Notes under the pieces: generated by a model | The model's input: only the letters and a program-made list of their open reading frames with translations | Databases searched by the model: none | What the model was told of the DNA's origin: nothing | Assembly (NCBI GenBank): GCA_963796965.1 | Contig: CAWCNS010000011.1 | Span: 608,001 to 672,000, forward strand | Source of the DNA: Calditrichia bacterium | GTDB taxonomy: Bacteria > Calditrichota > Calditrichia > JAJRVZ01 | Reading direction: 5' to 3' | DNA: 64,000 nucleotides | Shown here: positions 43,200-53,781 of the stretch, piece by piece | How positions within the stretch are numbered: position 1 is the stretch's first letter | How the letters are laid out: each line of letters opens with the position of its first letter | Made by a program: the position numbers and the translations under genes

Positions 43200-43574
43200 A
43201 TGCAATCATTAACAACAACCGTAGCAAGAATTATCTTTGCCATACCCTTTGGTATCTTTGGACTATTACACCTTATGAGCGGTCCCAAAATGGCAGGCAT
43301 GGTACCACCATGGTTACCCGGTGGTGCCTTTTGGGTCTATTTAACAGGATTAGCATTAATTGCAGCTGCTGTCAGTATTATCATGCAAAAAATGGCCCGC
43401 TTGTCGAGTCTCTTGTTAGCTGCGATGATGGGTATATTTGTTTTATTCCTTCATCTTCCTGGAATCTTTGGTGCCGAAAACGAGATGGCCACGATGATGT
43501 CTATGAGTGCCCTGTTAAAAGATATGGCCCTTGGAGGCGCAGCACTTGCCTTTGCCGGGCTCGCGAAAGAATAA
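43200..43574 (+). CDS. DoxX-family membrane protein
   Basis: ARIIFA..F..FG..H, MVP.WLPG..FW.Y.TG, LKD.AL.G; GGAGG RBS. Confidence 0.85.
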   Translation: MQSLTTTVARIIFAIPFGIFGLLHLMSGPKMAGMVPPWLPGGAFWVYLTGLALIAAAVSIIMQKMARLSSLLLAAMMGIFVLFLHLPGIFGAENEMATMMSMSALLKDMALGGAALAFAGLAKE

Positions 43575-43581
43575 CAATTTT

Positions 43582-43589
43582 TATATTTG
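43582..43589 (+). promoter_or_regulatory. FCB-type -7 promoter element (TATATTTG) upstream of glnS
   Basis: TAnnTTTG match. Confidence 0.4.
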
Positions 43590-43657
43590 TCCCGGACAAA
43601 ATCGGTACTTCTCGATATTATGGAGATGTTCTTACTTATGGAAAAAGACAAGGGGCA

Positions 43658-43702
43658 GTAGAGGGTAGAGGGTAGAGGGTAGAGAGTAGAGAGTAGAGAG
43701 TA
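43658..43702. repeat. heptamer tandem repeat GTAGAG(G/A) x6
   Basis: gtagagg x3 then gtagaga x3, upstream of glnS. Confidence 0.9.
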
Positions 43703-43812
43703 AATCTATGATATATGAGGTTAAAAGTCTTTGATTTTTTCTTTAAAATATATCTCCGGCTCAATGCTTTGTGAGTAAACAGAATCAAACAAGATATTTA
43801 GGAAATTGCTTT

Positions 43813-45516
43813 ATGGCAGCACAAGAAGAAAAATCACTTAATTTTATCCAATCAATTATTCAAAAAGATCTTGAAATAAATAAATATAAGGGACGTGTAC
43901 ACACCCGTTTCCCACCGGAACCAAATGGCTACCTTCATATCGGACATGCCAAATCCATTTGTTTGAATTTTGGATTGGCGGCAGAAAATGAAAACGGACT
44001 TTGTAATTTACGTTTTGATGACACGAATCCTATTAAAGAAGAAGCGGAATATGTCAATTCAATCATCGAAGATATCCGCTGGTTGGGCTTTGAGTGGGAA
44101 GACCGGCTCTATTATGCTTCAGATTATTTTGACCAGCTATTCGAGTGGGCAGTACAGTTAATTAAATCGGGCAAAGCCTATGTGGATAGCCTGACCGCTG
44201 AGCAAATACGTGAACATCGTGGCACTCTCACCAAACCAGGCAAGGAAAGTCCTTATCGGAACCGTAGCATAGAGGAGAACCTTGACCTGTTCGAAAAGAT
44301 GCGCGAAGGTGCATTTGCCGATGGGACTCATGTATTGCGGGCAAAGATCGACATGGCCTCTCCAAATCTAAACATGCGTGACCCTGTTATGTACCGTATT
44401 CTGCACGCCACACACCATCGTACCGGTGACACATGGTGTATTTATCCCATGTATGACTGGGCTCACGGGCAATCCGATTCTATTGAGAAGATCACCCATT
44501 CCATCTGTACCCTGGAATTTGAAGCACACAGACCGCTCTATGACTGGTTTCTCGAATCTCTGGACACCTACCGTCCCCAACAGATAGAGTTTGCCCGCTT
44601 AAACCTTAATTATACAATAATGAGTAAACGTAAACTTCTCTTACTTGTCAAAGAAAAGCACGTGGATGGATGGGATGACCCTAGGATGCCCACCTTATCA
44701 GGGATGCGCAGACGTGGCTACACACCGGAATCCATTCGTGACTTTGCAGAACGCGTTGGTGTTGCTAAAAGTGATAACACAGTGGAGATAGCACTTCTGG
44801 ATCACTGTCTCAGAGAGGACCTGAATCTTCGTGCCCTGCGGGTCATGGCTGTATTACGACCTATAAAGGTTGTCCTAACCAACTATCCCCAGGACCAGTT
44901 AGAAGAGTTAGAAGCAATTAATAATCCTGAAGATCCTGATGCCGGTACACGAAAGATACCTTTTTCACGGGAAATCTTTATCGATAGTGATGATTTCCGG
45001 GAGGAGCCACCGTCCAAGTTTTTTCGCCTTGCCCCGGGACGCGAGGTGCGGCTCAAACATGCCTACTACATCACCTGTAATGAGGTAATTAAAGATCCGC
45101 AAACCGGGGAGATTGCAGAACTTCATTGCACCTATGATCCCAAGTCCCGCGGAGGATGGACCGATGATGGACGAAAGGTTAAAGGAACACTACACTGGGT
45201 TTCAGCAGAACAGGCAGTAAACGCTGAAATTCGCCTCTATAACCATCTGTTTTTGCAGGAAAATCCGGAAGATACTGAAGAGGGTGAAGATTTTATTTCT
45301 GTACTAAATCCCGATTCTCTTGAGATCCTGAAAGATTGTAAAGTTGAACCCAGTATGCGAAACGCCACAACCAGTGAACGCTATCAGTTTCTCAGACAGG
45401 GGTATTTTTGTCTCGATTCAAAGGACAGCAAACCCAATGCCCTTGTATTCAATCGCACAGTTCCATTGAGGGATACCTGGGCAAGAATTGAAAGGTCACA
45501 AGCACGGAAAAGCTGA
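43813..45516 (+). CDS. glnS: glutamine--tRNA ligase
   Basis: [46 protein letters not shown]. Confidence 0.97.
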   Translation: MAAQEEKSLNFIQSIIQKDLEINKYKGRVHTRFPPEPNGYLHIGHAKSICLNFGLAAENENGLCNLRFDDTNPIKEEAEYVNSIIEDIRWLGFEWEDRLYYASDYFDQLFEWAVQLIKSGKAYVDSLTAEQIREHRGTLTKPGKESPYRNRSIEENLDLFEKMREGAFADGTHVLRAKIDMASPNLNMRDPVMYRILHATHHRTGDTWCIYPMYDWAHGQSDSIEKITHSICTLEFEAHRPLYDWFLESLDTYRPQQIEFARLNLNYTIMSKRKLLLLVKEKHVDGWDDPRMPTLSGMRRRGYTPESIRDFAERVGVAKSDNTVEIALLDHCLREDLNLRALRVMAVLRPIKVVLTNYPQDQLEELEAINNPEDPDAGTRKIPFSREIFIDSDDFREEPPSKFFRLAPGREVRLKHAYYITCNEVIKDPQTGEIAELHCTYDPKSRGGWTDDGRKVKGTLHWVSAEQAVNAEIRLYNHLFLQENPEDTEEGEDFISVLNPDSLEILKDCKVEPSMRNATTSERYQFLRQGYFCLDSKDSKPNALVFNRTVPLRDTWARIERSQARKS

Positions 45517-45651
45517 TCAAATTACGAATTATGGGTATCTGATAATATCAGCTACTTTAGATCACTATAAAATTTTGTCACTTACTATATTAATGCAATA
45601 AAACAAGATCCGTGAAGCCAGATAATCTAACCTAACCAGGTTTGGGTCATT

Positions 45652-46095
45652 ATGTATTCCTATAGCCCAGATAATATCAGAGAAATTGATCACACTGCGG
45701 ATATCGGTTTACATGCAGACGGTAACACATTACCTGAATTATATGCCAATTTAGCCTTTGGGATGATCCACATAATTGCCGGAGATGTAGAAGTATGCGA
45801 AAACAACTTTTTACATATCGAAATCGATGAGAAATCAGAAACTGATTTAATCGTCAGTTGGCTTTCTGAGATCAACTACCACCTAAGTGTTCATCATTTT
45901 CTCCCCTCTGTAATTAACAAACTTATTATTCATACCACAGATGATGGTCTTCTGTTAGAAGCCGATCTGGGCGGAGTCAATATTCTCAACCAGACGATCG
46001 AACTTAAAACCGAAATAAAAGCTATAACCTATCATCAGTTGAAATTTGAAAAGACGGAACATGGGTATCTTAGTCAGGTGATATTTGATATATAG
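45652..46095 (+). CDS. archease
   Basis: DHTADIG, WLSE, EIKAITYH, terminal VIFDI; directly upstream of rtcB. Confidence 0.92.
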   Translation: MYSYSPDNIREIDHTADIGLHADGNTLPELYANLAFGMIHIIAGDVEVCENNFLHIEIDEKSETDLIVSWLSEINYHLSVHHFLPSVINKLIIHTTDDGLLLEADLGGVNILNQTIELKTEIKAITYHQLKFEKTEHGYLSQVIFDI

Positions 46096-46305
46096 AATTG
46101 GGAATTGGGAATTGGGAATTGGGAATTGGGAAAATTTTGCCCGACCTTGAGCAACTTGTCAAGTATAAGTTTAATTGTTATTTATGTCAGAAACTTTCCA
46201 GATTAATTTTTCCCTTGGAATCTTCTTAAAAAGGAAATATCTGAAATTGAAAATTCCGTATCAAATATCCCGTATCAGTATTTTCCAAATTCCTAATGCC
46301 TAATT
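46095..46305. repeat. heptamer tandem repeat GAATTGG x5 with a degenerate inverted partner
   Basis: gaattgg x5 at 46095-46129; ccaaattcctaatgcctaatt near 46285-46305. Confidence 0.85.
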
Positions 46306-46321
46306 ACTGAAAAAGAATATA

Positions 46322-47777
46322 ATGCAGTACAAAAATCTCACAATCCAAAAAATCCACAACAACTTATTCGAGATCCCTGCCCATGGCGACATGCTGGTTC
46401 CGGGAAGAATCTATGCTAATGATCTGATGATGAAATCTATACTGGAAGAAGATGAGAGTATTCAGCAGGTAATCAATGTTGCCCAATTACCGGGAATTCA
46501 GAAATATTCACTAGGGATGCCTGATATTCACTGGGGCTATGGGTTTCCTATTGGCGGTGTAGCTGCAACAGATTTTCATTCCGGGGTCATATCACCAGGT
46601 GGCGTTGGCTATGATATAAATTGTGGCGTTCGTCTGGCCCGTACCAACCTGTCAAAACAGGATTTAAAACCACATCTTCAAACATTGATAACAAATCTGT
46701 TTAACACCATCCCTACCGGGGTGGGTTCTTCAGGTGCTATTCATAAATTGACTGACAAAGACATGAAACGACTGTTAAAAAATGGGATGGCCTGGGCTGT
46801 GGAGAATGGATTTGGTGACGCGAGAGATCTTACTTATACCGAGGAGGGGGGTGCATTAGACGATGCGGACCCGAATTTGGTTAGTAAACGAGCCATTGAA
46901 AGAGGAAAACCACAATTAGGCACTCTGGGATCCGGTAATCATTTTCTGGAAATAGATGTTGTAGACCATATCTACTTATCTGAAGAGGCCGAAATGATGG
47001 ATCTGTTTGAGGGACAGATTGTCGTTCTTATTCATACAGGCTCCAGAGGATGTGGATACCAGATCTGTGATGATTTTTTAAAGATACTCGGTCCTGCAGC
47101 GCAGCGGTATCGAATTTCCTTACCCGATCGACAATTAGCCTGTGCCCCTCTAAATTCAATAGAAGGACAAGATTATAGGGCAGCTGATGGCTGCCGGGGC
47201 CAATTTTGCCTGGAATAACAGACAGGTTATCATGAGTTTAGCCAATAAAACCTTTATCCGGACTTTAAATATTTCACCCCGGGATTTAAATTTTAATCTC
47301 GTCTATGATGTATCCCATAACATAGCCAAGATAGAAACTCATCAGGTCAATGATAAAACCAGAAAAGTCTGTATGCATCGCAAAGGTGCAACCCGCGCAT
47401 TTCCACCGAACCACCCAGACATTCCTGTAAAATATCAGAGTATCGGACAACCCGTGCTTGTACCCGGTGATATGGGCCGTTATTCTTTTATATGTGTAGG
47501 AACAGATAAAGCCATGAATGAAACATTTGGAAGTACCTGTCATGGGGCCGGCCGGCTTAAAAGCAGAAGAAGGGCCAAAATGATAGGTAAGGGCCGTGAT
47601 TTGTTTAAGGAAATGGCTGAAATGGGTGTCCAGGTTCAGGCTAAAGGTTTTCACACGATGGCAGAGGAAATGCCCTATGCTTATAAAGACGTTGCAATGG
47701 TGGTGGATGTAATGGATAAAGCAGGTATCAGTAAGAAGGTGGCAAAGCTCAAGCCGCTAGGCGTCATCAAAGGATAG
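46322..47777 (+). CDS. rtcB: RNA ligase RtcB, archaeal/eukaryotic-like (frameshift near 47186)
   Basis: MPDIHWGYGFPIGG, GYDINCG, LGSGNHF, HTGSRG, HN, HRKGAT, PGDMG, STCHGAGR, EE.P.AYK; span 1456 = 3n+1. Confidence 0.95.
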
Positions 47778-47857
47778 TTAAGTGGATTTAAATGAGTATG
47801 AGTAATCCTATAATCTGTAAATACACAAAAAAGAAAGTGTTTAAAAACAATATTCTT

Positions 47858-47987
47858 ACCACGGAGTACACGGATATCACGGATATTCACGGAATAGAAT
47901 TATAATTTTAAAACAATTATAATCATTATTATATAGTAATTAATCAAATAATTTTATTTCCGTGTAAGTCCGTGTGATTCCGTGGTT
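47858..47987. repeat. bipartite inverted repeat element (CACGGA units)
   Basis: accacggagtacacggatatcacggatattcacggaa ... ttccgtgtaagtccgtgtgattccgtggtt with a ~63 bp AT-rich spacer; degenerate copy at 2427-2528. Confidence 0.8.
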
Positions 47988-48063
47988 GATTTTTTATTTT
48001 CACACAGCCTCTCAACCGCATTAACAACTCAGAAATGGTTTGAATAAAAATTATGCCTAATTA

Positions 48064-48543
48064 TTATTCAACAAATTGAATTTTGCACTTTCGAATAAAT
48101 GCTTCACGATAGCCATATTGCTTTGCCATATCTCGTAAGTTCTCTGCATCAGAACGTTCTTTGCAATCACCAACCTGAATTTTGTAGAGCGGTGCTTCAA
48201 AGATCAGATAGGTTTTATGCTCTAAACTTTCAAATCTCTCAGTTGCTTCTTGCTCAAAAAGGGAGGCCGTCTCGATATTTTTAGTTGCCAGAATCTGAAC
48301 CCTGAATCCATCAATTTCTTTAGGGGGTGCCGTCTCTTCTGCTACAACGGTTGGATTCTCTGGTACAGATGACGTAATTAATGCATCTGCAATAATAATA
48401 TCATCATCATTTAGAGACATCGGATCAAAAGATTCATCATATTGGGGCTTTATTTCCTCAATCGGTTCTTCTTTAATAGGTTCTCTCGTACCTGCACATC
48501 CCATATAGAGAATAGTAATAAAAAGTAAAAAATATTTCATCAT
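48064..48543 (-). CDS. SPOR-domain lipoprotein
   Basis: Lipobox YMG-C; GFRVQI...YKIQVGD...GYREAFI. Confidence 0.88.
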   Translation of the reverse strand: MMKYFLLFITILYMGCAGTREPIKEEPIEEIKPQYDESFDPMSLNDDDIIIADALITSSVPENPTVVAEETAPPKEIDGFRVQILATKNIETASLFEQEATERFESLEHKTYLIFEAPLYKIQVGDCKERSDAENLRDMAKQYGYREAFIRKCKIQFVE

Positions 48544-48550
48544 CTCAGCC

Positions 48551-49339
48551 TTAAATTAATCCCAGATCTGAAGACTTCATCCATCCAGTTTTGCCATCGG
48601 GAATCGTAATCTCCATCCAGTCCCCCCTCTCCCGGTTCACCTGGACTTTTGTACCTTCATGGAGAATAAATACCTCCGTACCATCTAAATCAGGTTCACT
48701 TACAACCGAAACCTTCTCCTCTAATATAACACCAAACTTTGATGTTTCAAATTCATATATTTGACCGATTGTGAGCATCAAAACCAGAGCAAAGGTCGAC
48801 AGAGATATCCAGATAAATTTTCTTATAATGCTTTGCTCAAAAAGTAACTGTAAAATAACAAAGGTGATAAATAGTGTGAATAAAAATAAAGACAACCATA
48901 AAAGAACATTCATTGATACTACATGTGTTATTTCGTACCACCATTCCTCGATAAAGAGTTTTGGTATTTCCTCCAGTTCATCAATAATTCTTAGCTGCGC
49001 TAATTGCAGATTTTGTTCAAGAGCAGGATCTCCTTCCAAATATTTTCGGGCCTTTTCATAATAGAGAATTGCTAATCCAACGGTATTCTGTTTATAGTAA
49101 GCATTTCCAAGATTAAAATATACTTCACCACTTTCTATGCCTTGTTGGAGAATCTTTTGATATAATCCAATTGCATTCTGATAATCACCGGACACATACG
49201 CCTGATTTGCGCCTTCAAATAACATTTCCGGATTTTGTGAATAAACTGGTCCGGAGCAAAACACAGTGAGACAAACCAACAAGACACCACCATATTGTAC
49301 AATTTCCCAAATGTTGATTTTCTGATTACCGCCTATCAT
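48551..49339 (-). CDS. batE: BatE-like TPR + SH3 membrane protein
   Basis: YFNLGNAYYK...AILYYEKA; two TM helices; LHEGTKV...W..I...DGK.GW. Confidence 0.88.
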   Translation of the reverse strand: MIGGNQKINIWEIVQYGGVLLVCLTVFCSGPVYSQNPEMLFEGANQAYVSGDYQNAIGLYQKILQQGIESGEVYFNLGNAYYKQNTVGLAILYYEKARKYLEGDPALEQNLQLAQLRIIDELEEIPKLFIEEWWYEITHVVSMNVLLWLSLFLFTLFITFVILQLLFEQSIIRKFIWISLSTFALVLMLTIGQIYEFETSKFGVILEEKVSVVSEPDLDGTEVFILHEGTKVQVNRERGDWMEITIPDGKTGWMKSSDLGLI

Positions 49340-49385
49340 AATTTGTCCGTTTTATCACAGTTATTTTTAATCTTGTTATTATTCT

Positions 49386-49523
49386 AACCACAGAGAGCCC
49401 CCGTAAAACGGGGCAGGCCAGTAAAAAACACAGAACTATTTTTTTTAGATATAATCAATCACGTTTACTTTAATATATTTACATAGGGTATTCTACGATT
49501 AATTATCTGTGTTATTCCGTGAT
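49386..49523. repeat. second composite CACAGA-type element with an inserted GCCCCCGT..GGGGCAGGC palindrome
   Basis: aaccacagaga[gcccccgtaaaacggggcaggc]cagtaaaaaacacagaa ... tctgtgttattccgtgatt. Confidence 0.7.
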
Positions 49524-49611
49524 TATACTTTCTTTTATTTAATCTAAATAGCCAGATGCCCCCGCTCATCCAACGGGTACGTCTTAGGCTCTCTGTAACT
49601 AATAAATAAGA

Positions 49612-51439
49612 TTATATATACTTTTCTAGTTGTGTTAAATTCTTTTTAACACGTTGATAAAATGACTCCATCTCCCCGACATCCGTCTGACTCCCGGAAT
49701 AGCGGTTAAAATCACTTTCCTGCAGGCAATCTAAATACTCATCAATATCTTCTTTCCCCAGGCCAGCTCCTTCCAGATCTTTTTTTACCTTGATGGAACT
49801 AAAATCCGATATTTGTACATTCAGTCTATCACAGACAAATCCCTGGAGAGAATCTGTAGTCGCTCTGTAAAAGGCCTCTTTATTATCGGACTTAATCTGT
49901 TTTTTTGCTGCTGCAAGATGCTTGGAAGCTATTCTGCCCGCTTTATGCTTTCTTGCAAGTTGAATATTTCCACGCATTTTTGTACGATGCGTATTATAGC
50001 GCCAGGCTATCACAAATCCAATGAGTGGAATCAAATAACTCATCAGATAAAGCCAATTGACATATAAACTTTGACCACTAAAGTAAAACTCTGCATTTTC
50101 TTTGATATAACGAATATCCTGACCGAGTAAAGCCACCTCCTGCTTACTTAGACTGGAACCGGCCAGAAGGCCTGCTCCTGTTTCATCGCCCTGCAAAACG
50201 TTTAACAAGATTGGTTTTGTGCTTGCTCTCATATATTTACCACGACGTGGATTGAAATAACTTAGGGATACCGGTTCGATTTCATATTCTCCTTTAAATC
50301 GAGGTACTAAAACATACTCAACGGTTTTTATCCCTGTAATTTTATTATCCTTTGGCGAAATAGTTGTTTTTTCGCGTGGTGCATAAACTTCCATATCAGC
50401 CGGCAATTTTAGTTGTGGCGGTTTAACTAGTTTTATGTTTCCTTCCCCCCGGATTGTCAATTTTATAGAAACCGCCTCATTTGTTTTAAGCTCAGCAATA
50501 TCCGATGTGGCAGAAATTTGATAATTGCCAACAACACCTTCGAAATCTGATGGACGATCCGCTAGAAGGATGGGGTTTGACCGTAATATTCACCGGCTTA
50601 CTAGTGAGAGACTTCTTTACCGTTCGCCCAAAGGGATCATCAAAAAAATTATCAAACAAACTTCGTGATCGTTTGTTGCGTTTAACCAAAGCATCGACAG
50701 ATATGACCATTGGTTCAATTATTAATTCACCACTGCGGGTCGGGAAGAGTGCTATCTTTCTTAAGGTGGCAACCTGATAGGTTATCCCATTGATAATTTC
50801 CCTGCTAACCTGAGGTTGAGATGCAATTTTAAATTCTTCCATCCAAAAACCTGAGTTAGGGGGAATTTTTTCAATATTATAGCTACGAACATCGACCTTA
50901 AAATAGAGTTTGTATTCAACCAGTATTTGTTCATTCTGAAAGGCGGATTTTTTACTGACAAAAGTTTTAAGATAAAGACTCTCTCCCAGCAAATCCTGAT
51001 CATTTTTACTATTAACCTGGGGTTTATCCTGTTTTGGTTTTGAGGTTGCTTTAACGACTTTAATACTTATGGTATTTGATGAATAGATCTCACCGTCTTT
51101 CTCGAGGGTCGCAGGTTCAATTGTAAAATCTCCTTCTTTTTGGGGAAGAAGATAAAATGCATAAGAATGTGAAGAAGACATGGCACCATTTACAAATTGA
51201 ATATTTGTTGAAGTATTTGGCCCTGAGAGGACAGAAAAACCCTCCATGGAGGGAAAACTGGGCTGTGGCAGATTGGTGCTCTTTCCGGAAACCTGTACTG
51301 TATATACAAAACGATCATTGATGGCAACCTGGTTTCGATCGACCGTAGCTAGTATGGTCACCTCTTCGGCATAAATGGAGGAGAAAATTGTGCCTGAAAG
51401 AACCGTAAATATTAATGCATATAAGTTTTTTTTAATCAT
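49612..51439 (-). CDS. batD: BatD-family protein (frameshift near 50565)
   Basis: Signal peptide, Ig-like repeats (GP..ST..Q.VNG, LFP.RSG.L.I, F.G.VG, G.GNI, YFNP), C-terminal TM; span 1828 = 3n+1. Confidence 0.88.
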
Positions 51440-51512
51440 CTGCGTTTTTGTATTCCAATATATTCGAACTAGTGATAAAATATGACTTTCACAAAAAACA
51501 AAAAGGTATTAA

Positions 51513-52322
51513 TCACCAATCTTTATCTACATTTCTTTTCCGTGATTTGGCCGGTCTTTTCATCTTCTGTTTGTCTTGCTCATCATTTTTCAATGCATCA
51601 AGGATGCGTTCTGCATCCTCTTTGGTCATTTTATCCTGAGATTCTTCAAGGGCTTCGCTCTGTTGCTGTTGCTCCTGATCCTGTTGTTCTTCGCCGGCTT
51701 GCTGTTGATTTTGTTCCTGTTCAGCCTCGGCTTGTTGCTGTTCCCCATCCTGTTCCTGGTTGTCCTGTCCCTCTTGGTCTTCCTGTTGTTGTTGCTGTCC
51801 ATCTTGCTTTTGCTGCTCTGAATTTTGCTGGGGCTGCTGCTGTTGTTTATCTGCAGATTCTTTTAATTTTGCTCTTGCTAACTCGAGATTGTATTTGGCC
51901 TCCTGATCATTTGGATTTATATCTAATGCTTTCTTATAAGACTCAATACTCTCTTGCAATTTATCCTGTTTAAAATATGAATTCCCTATATTATAGTAAA
52001 CTTTGCTATCCATTAGCCTATCTTCACTGCCGATAACTTTCTGATATGTCTCGATGGCCTCTTCATATTTATCCAGTTTATATAGGGCATTTCCCTGATT
52101 AAAATGTGCAATCTCACTTTTTGGATCCTCAAGTAAAGCATCCTGATAATTATTTAATGCCTCCTCATATTTCTCTTCATGATACAGGGCATTACCTTCA
52201 TTCACTTTCTGTCTTATTTCCTGACCATTACTGGTTCCAGCCAGGAAAAACAAAATGCTGACACTAAAATAAGCGCGGAATGACAAAAATTGTTTTTTTG
52301 TAAGAATTAAATTAGATATCAT
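51513..52322 (-). CDS. batC: BatC-like TPR protein with a Gln/Glu-rich linker
   Basis: FNQGNALYK, YNIGNSYF, YKKAL..NP.D.EAKYNL, poly-Q tract, terminal KDW; start codon uncertain. Confidence 0.85.
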   Translation of the reverse strand: MISNLILTKKQFLSFRAYFSVSILFFLAGTSNGQEIRQKVNEGNALYHEEKYEEALNNYQDALLEDPKSEIAHFNQGNALYKLDKYEEAIETYQKVIGSEDRLMDSKVYYNIGNSYFKQDKLQESIESYKKALDINPNDQEAKYNLELARAKLKESADKQQQQPQQNSEQQKQDGQQQQQEDQEGQDNQEQDGEQQQAEAEQEQNQQQAGEEQQDQEQQQQSEALEESQDKMTKEDAERILDALKNDEQDKQKMKRPAKSRKRNVDKDW

Positions 52323-52357
52323 ATTAATATTTCTGCAGAATAGACAAGGTCCATTGA

Positions 52358-53395
52358 TCAGACAAATCTGCCCTGCCATTCTTTTTTTATACGTTTACGT
52401 TCAGGGATTAACATTTCCAACAAGACAAGGATCAATCCAATGATTAAAAATATCTGAAACCGATCTTCATATTGCGAAAATCGTTTCGATTTCAATTCTT
52501 TCTTTTCCATTTCCGATATTTCACTGTAAATATCATCCAATTCCGCTTCTCCCCGGCTCGCGAGGTAGTATTTACCACCGGTTTCATAGGCAATCTTTTG
52601 AAGGGTAAGTACGTCCAGTTTCGTGGTAACGATATTCCCCTGTCTGTCTTTTTTGAATCCTGTTTGACTACCACTCCGGTTATAGACAGGTATTGGTACC
52701 CCCTGGGTTGAACCAATGCCAACCGTATAAATTATGATACCTTCTTGTTCTGCTTCTTCCGCGGCTTCTAAGGGTTTTGACTCATGATCTTCACCATCTG
52801 TTATGAGGATCAACACCTTATGTTTTCGTTCATCAGAATTAAATGATGAAACCGCTTTTCTGATTGCATTCCCGATTGCCGTTCCAGGTTGAGGAATCAG
52901 ATCAGTATCCATCATATTTAAAAATAATTTGGCTGCGCTATAGTCTAATGTAAGGGGACATTGCACATGTGCAATTCCTGCAAAGGCAATTAAACCAATA
53001 CGATCACCCTTAAGGATATCAATTAGCTTTCCAACCTCGTGTTTTGCCTTTTCCATACGAGACGGTTTGATATCTTCGGCAAGCATACTGGTAGAAACAT
53101 CCATCGCTACCATGATGTCAACACCTTCCCGTGTAAATTCTTCCAATTTCTTTCCTATCTGAGGATTTGCGAGGGCAAAAACGAAGAAGACATAACTCAA
53201 TGTAATAAGAATATATTTAAGATTTCTCCTGCCTGAAGAATAGGAGTACATGAGCTTTTGTAAAATCTCAAGGTTGCCAAACCTTTTCAACAATATCTGT
53301 TTATACTTTACTGTCCAGATAAAGAAAGCAATGAGAGCAAATACACCCCATAAAAAATGGAGAAAATCCGGGTTTTCAAATCTTAATACTTCCAT
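52358..53395 (-). CDS. batB: BatB-like VWA-domain protein
   Basis: MIDAS DVSTS, DRIGLIAFAG, PLT.D, GTAI, ITDGEDHE. Confidence 0.9.
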   Translation of the reverse strand: MEVLRFENPDFLHFLWGVFALIAFFIWTVKYKQILLKRFGNLEILQKLMYSYSSGRRNLKYILITLSYVFFVFALANPQIGKKLEEFTREGVDIMVAMDVSTSMLAEDIKPSRMEKAKHEVGKLIDILKGDRIGLIAFAGIAHVQCPLTLDYSAAKLFLNMMDTDLIPQPGTAIGNAIRKAVSSFNSDERKHKVLILITDGEDHESKPLEAAEEAEQEGIIIYTVGIGSTQGVPIPVYNRSGSQTGFKKDRQGNIVTTKLDVLTLQKIAYETGGKYYLASRGEAELDDIYSEISEMEKKELKSKRFSQYEDRFQIFLIIGLILVLLEMLIPERKRIKKEWQGRFV

Positions 53396-53497
53396 AATTC
53401 ATTAAGTCTTATACGATAATCATAAATAAAAAGTTCGTTACAGTTTGATATACATTATCTGTTTTTAATTGCTATAGTTAATACTCGCTTTGATTTT

Positions 53498-53699
53498 AAA
53501 TACAAAGCACACCAAGCCCCGATGTATATATCTACATCACGTAGTCATATCGGGATAAAATCCTCTTCCGACAGAGAAAAATTTAATTACCTCCCCCATT
53601 ATCCCCCTCCTTATTAAGGAGGGGGATAATGGGGGAGGTAATTCGAAAATTTTCTTTTTTCTTTGTGATCTTTGTGTCTTCTTCGTGAACTTTGTGTTT
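53498..53699. repeat. nested repeat cluster between batA and batB
   Basis: Outer CACAAAG / CTTTGTG arms; inner cccgat..atcggg hairpin, a GTAG-tagged unit and a 59-bp palindrome. Confidence 0.75.
53585..53643. repeat. perfect 29-bp inverted repeat with a 1-nt spacer
   Basis: aattacctcccccattatccccctcctta-t-taaggagggggataatgggggaggtaatt. Confidence 0.95.
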
Positions 53700-53781
53700 G
53701 ATCTTTTATCTTTTTTTCGCATTTGAACGGCGCCCCATGTTCACCCGATAGAAAGCAGTCCAGATTTTCCAGGATCCATAA

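Noticed and set aside
46095..46131. CRISPR array
   Set aside because: Units are 7 bp with no spacers, and there are no cas genes; the same applies to the other repeats
51482..51973. 163-aa plus-strand ORF and the many other short antisense ORFs in the track
   Set aside because: Shadows of well-supported opposite-strand genes (here the Gln-rich tract of batC) with no recognisable motifs
53537..53722. 61-aa ORF (also 15614-15832 and 47681-47890)
   Set aside because: Translation artefacts of repeat elements
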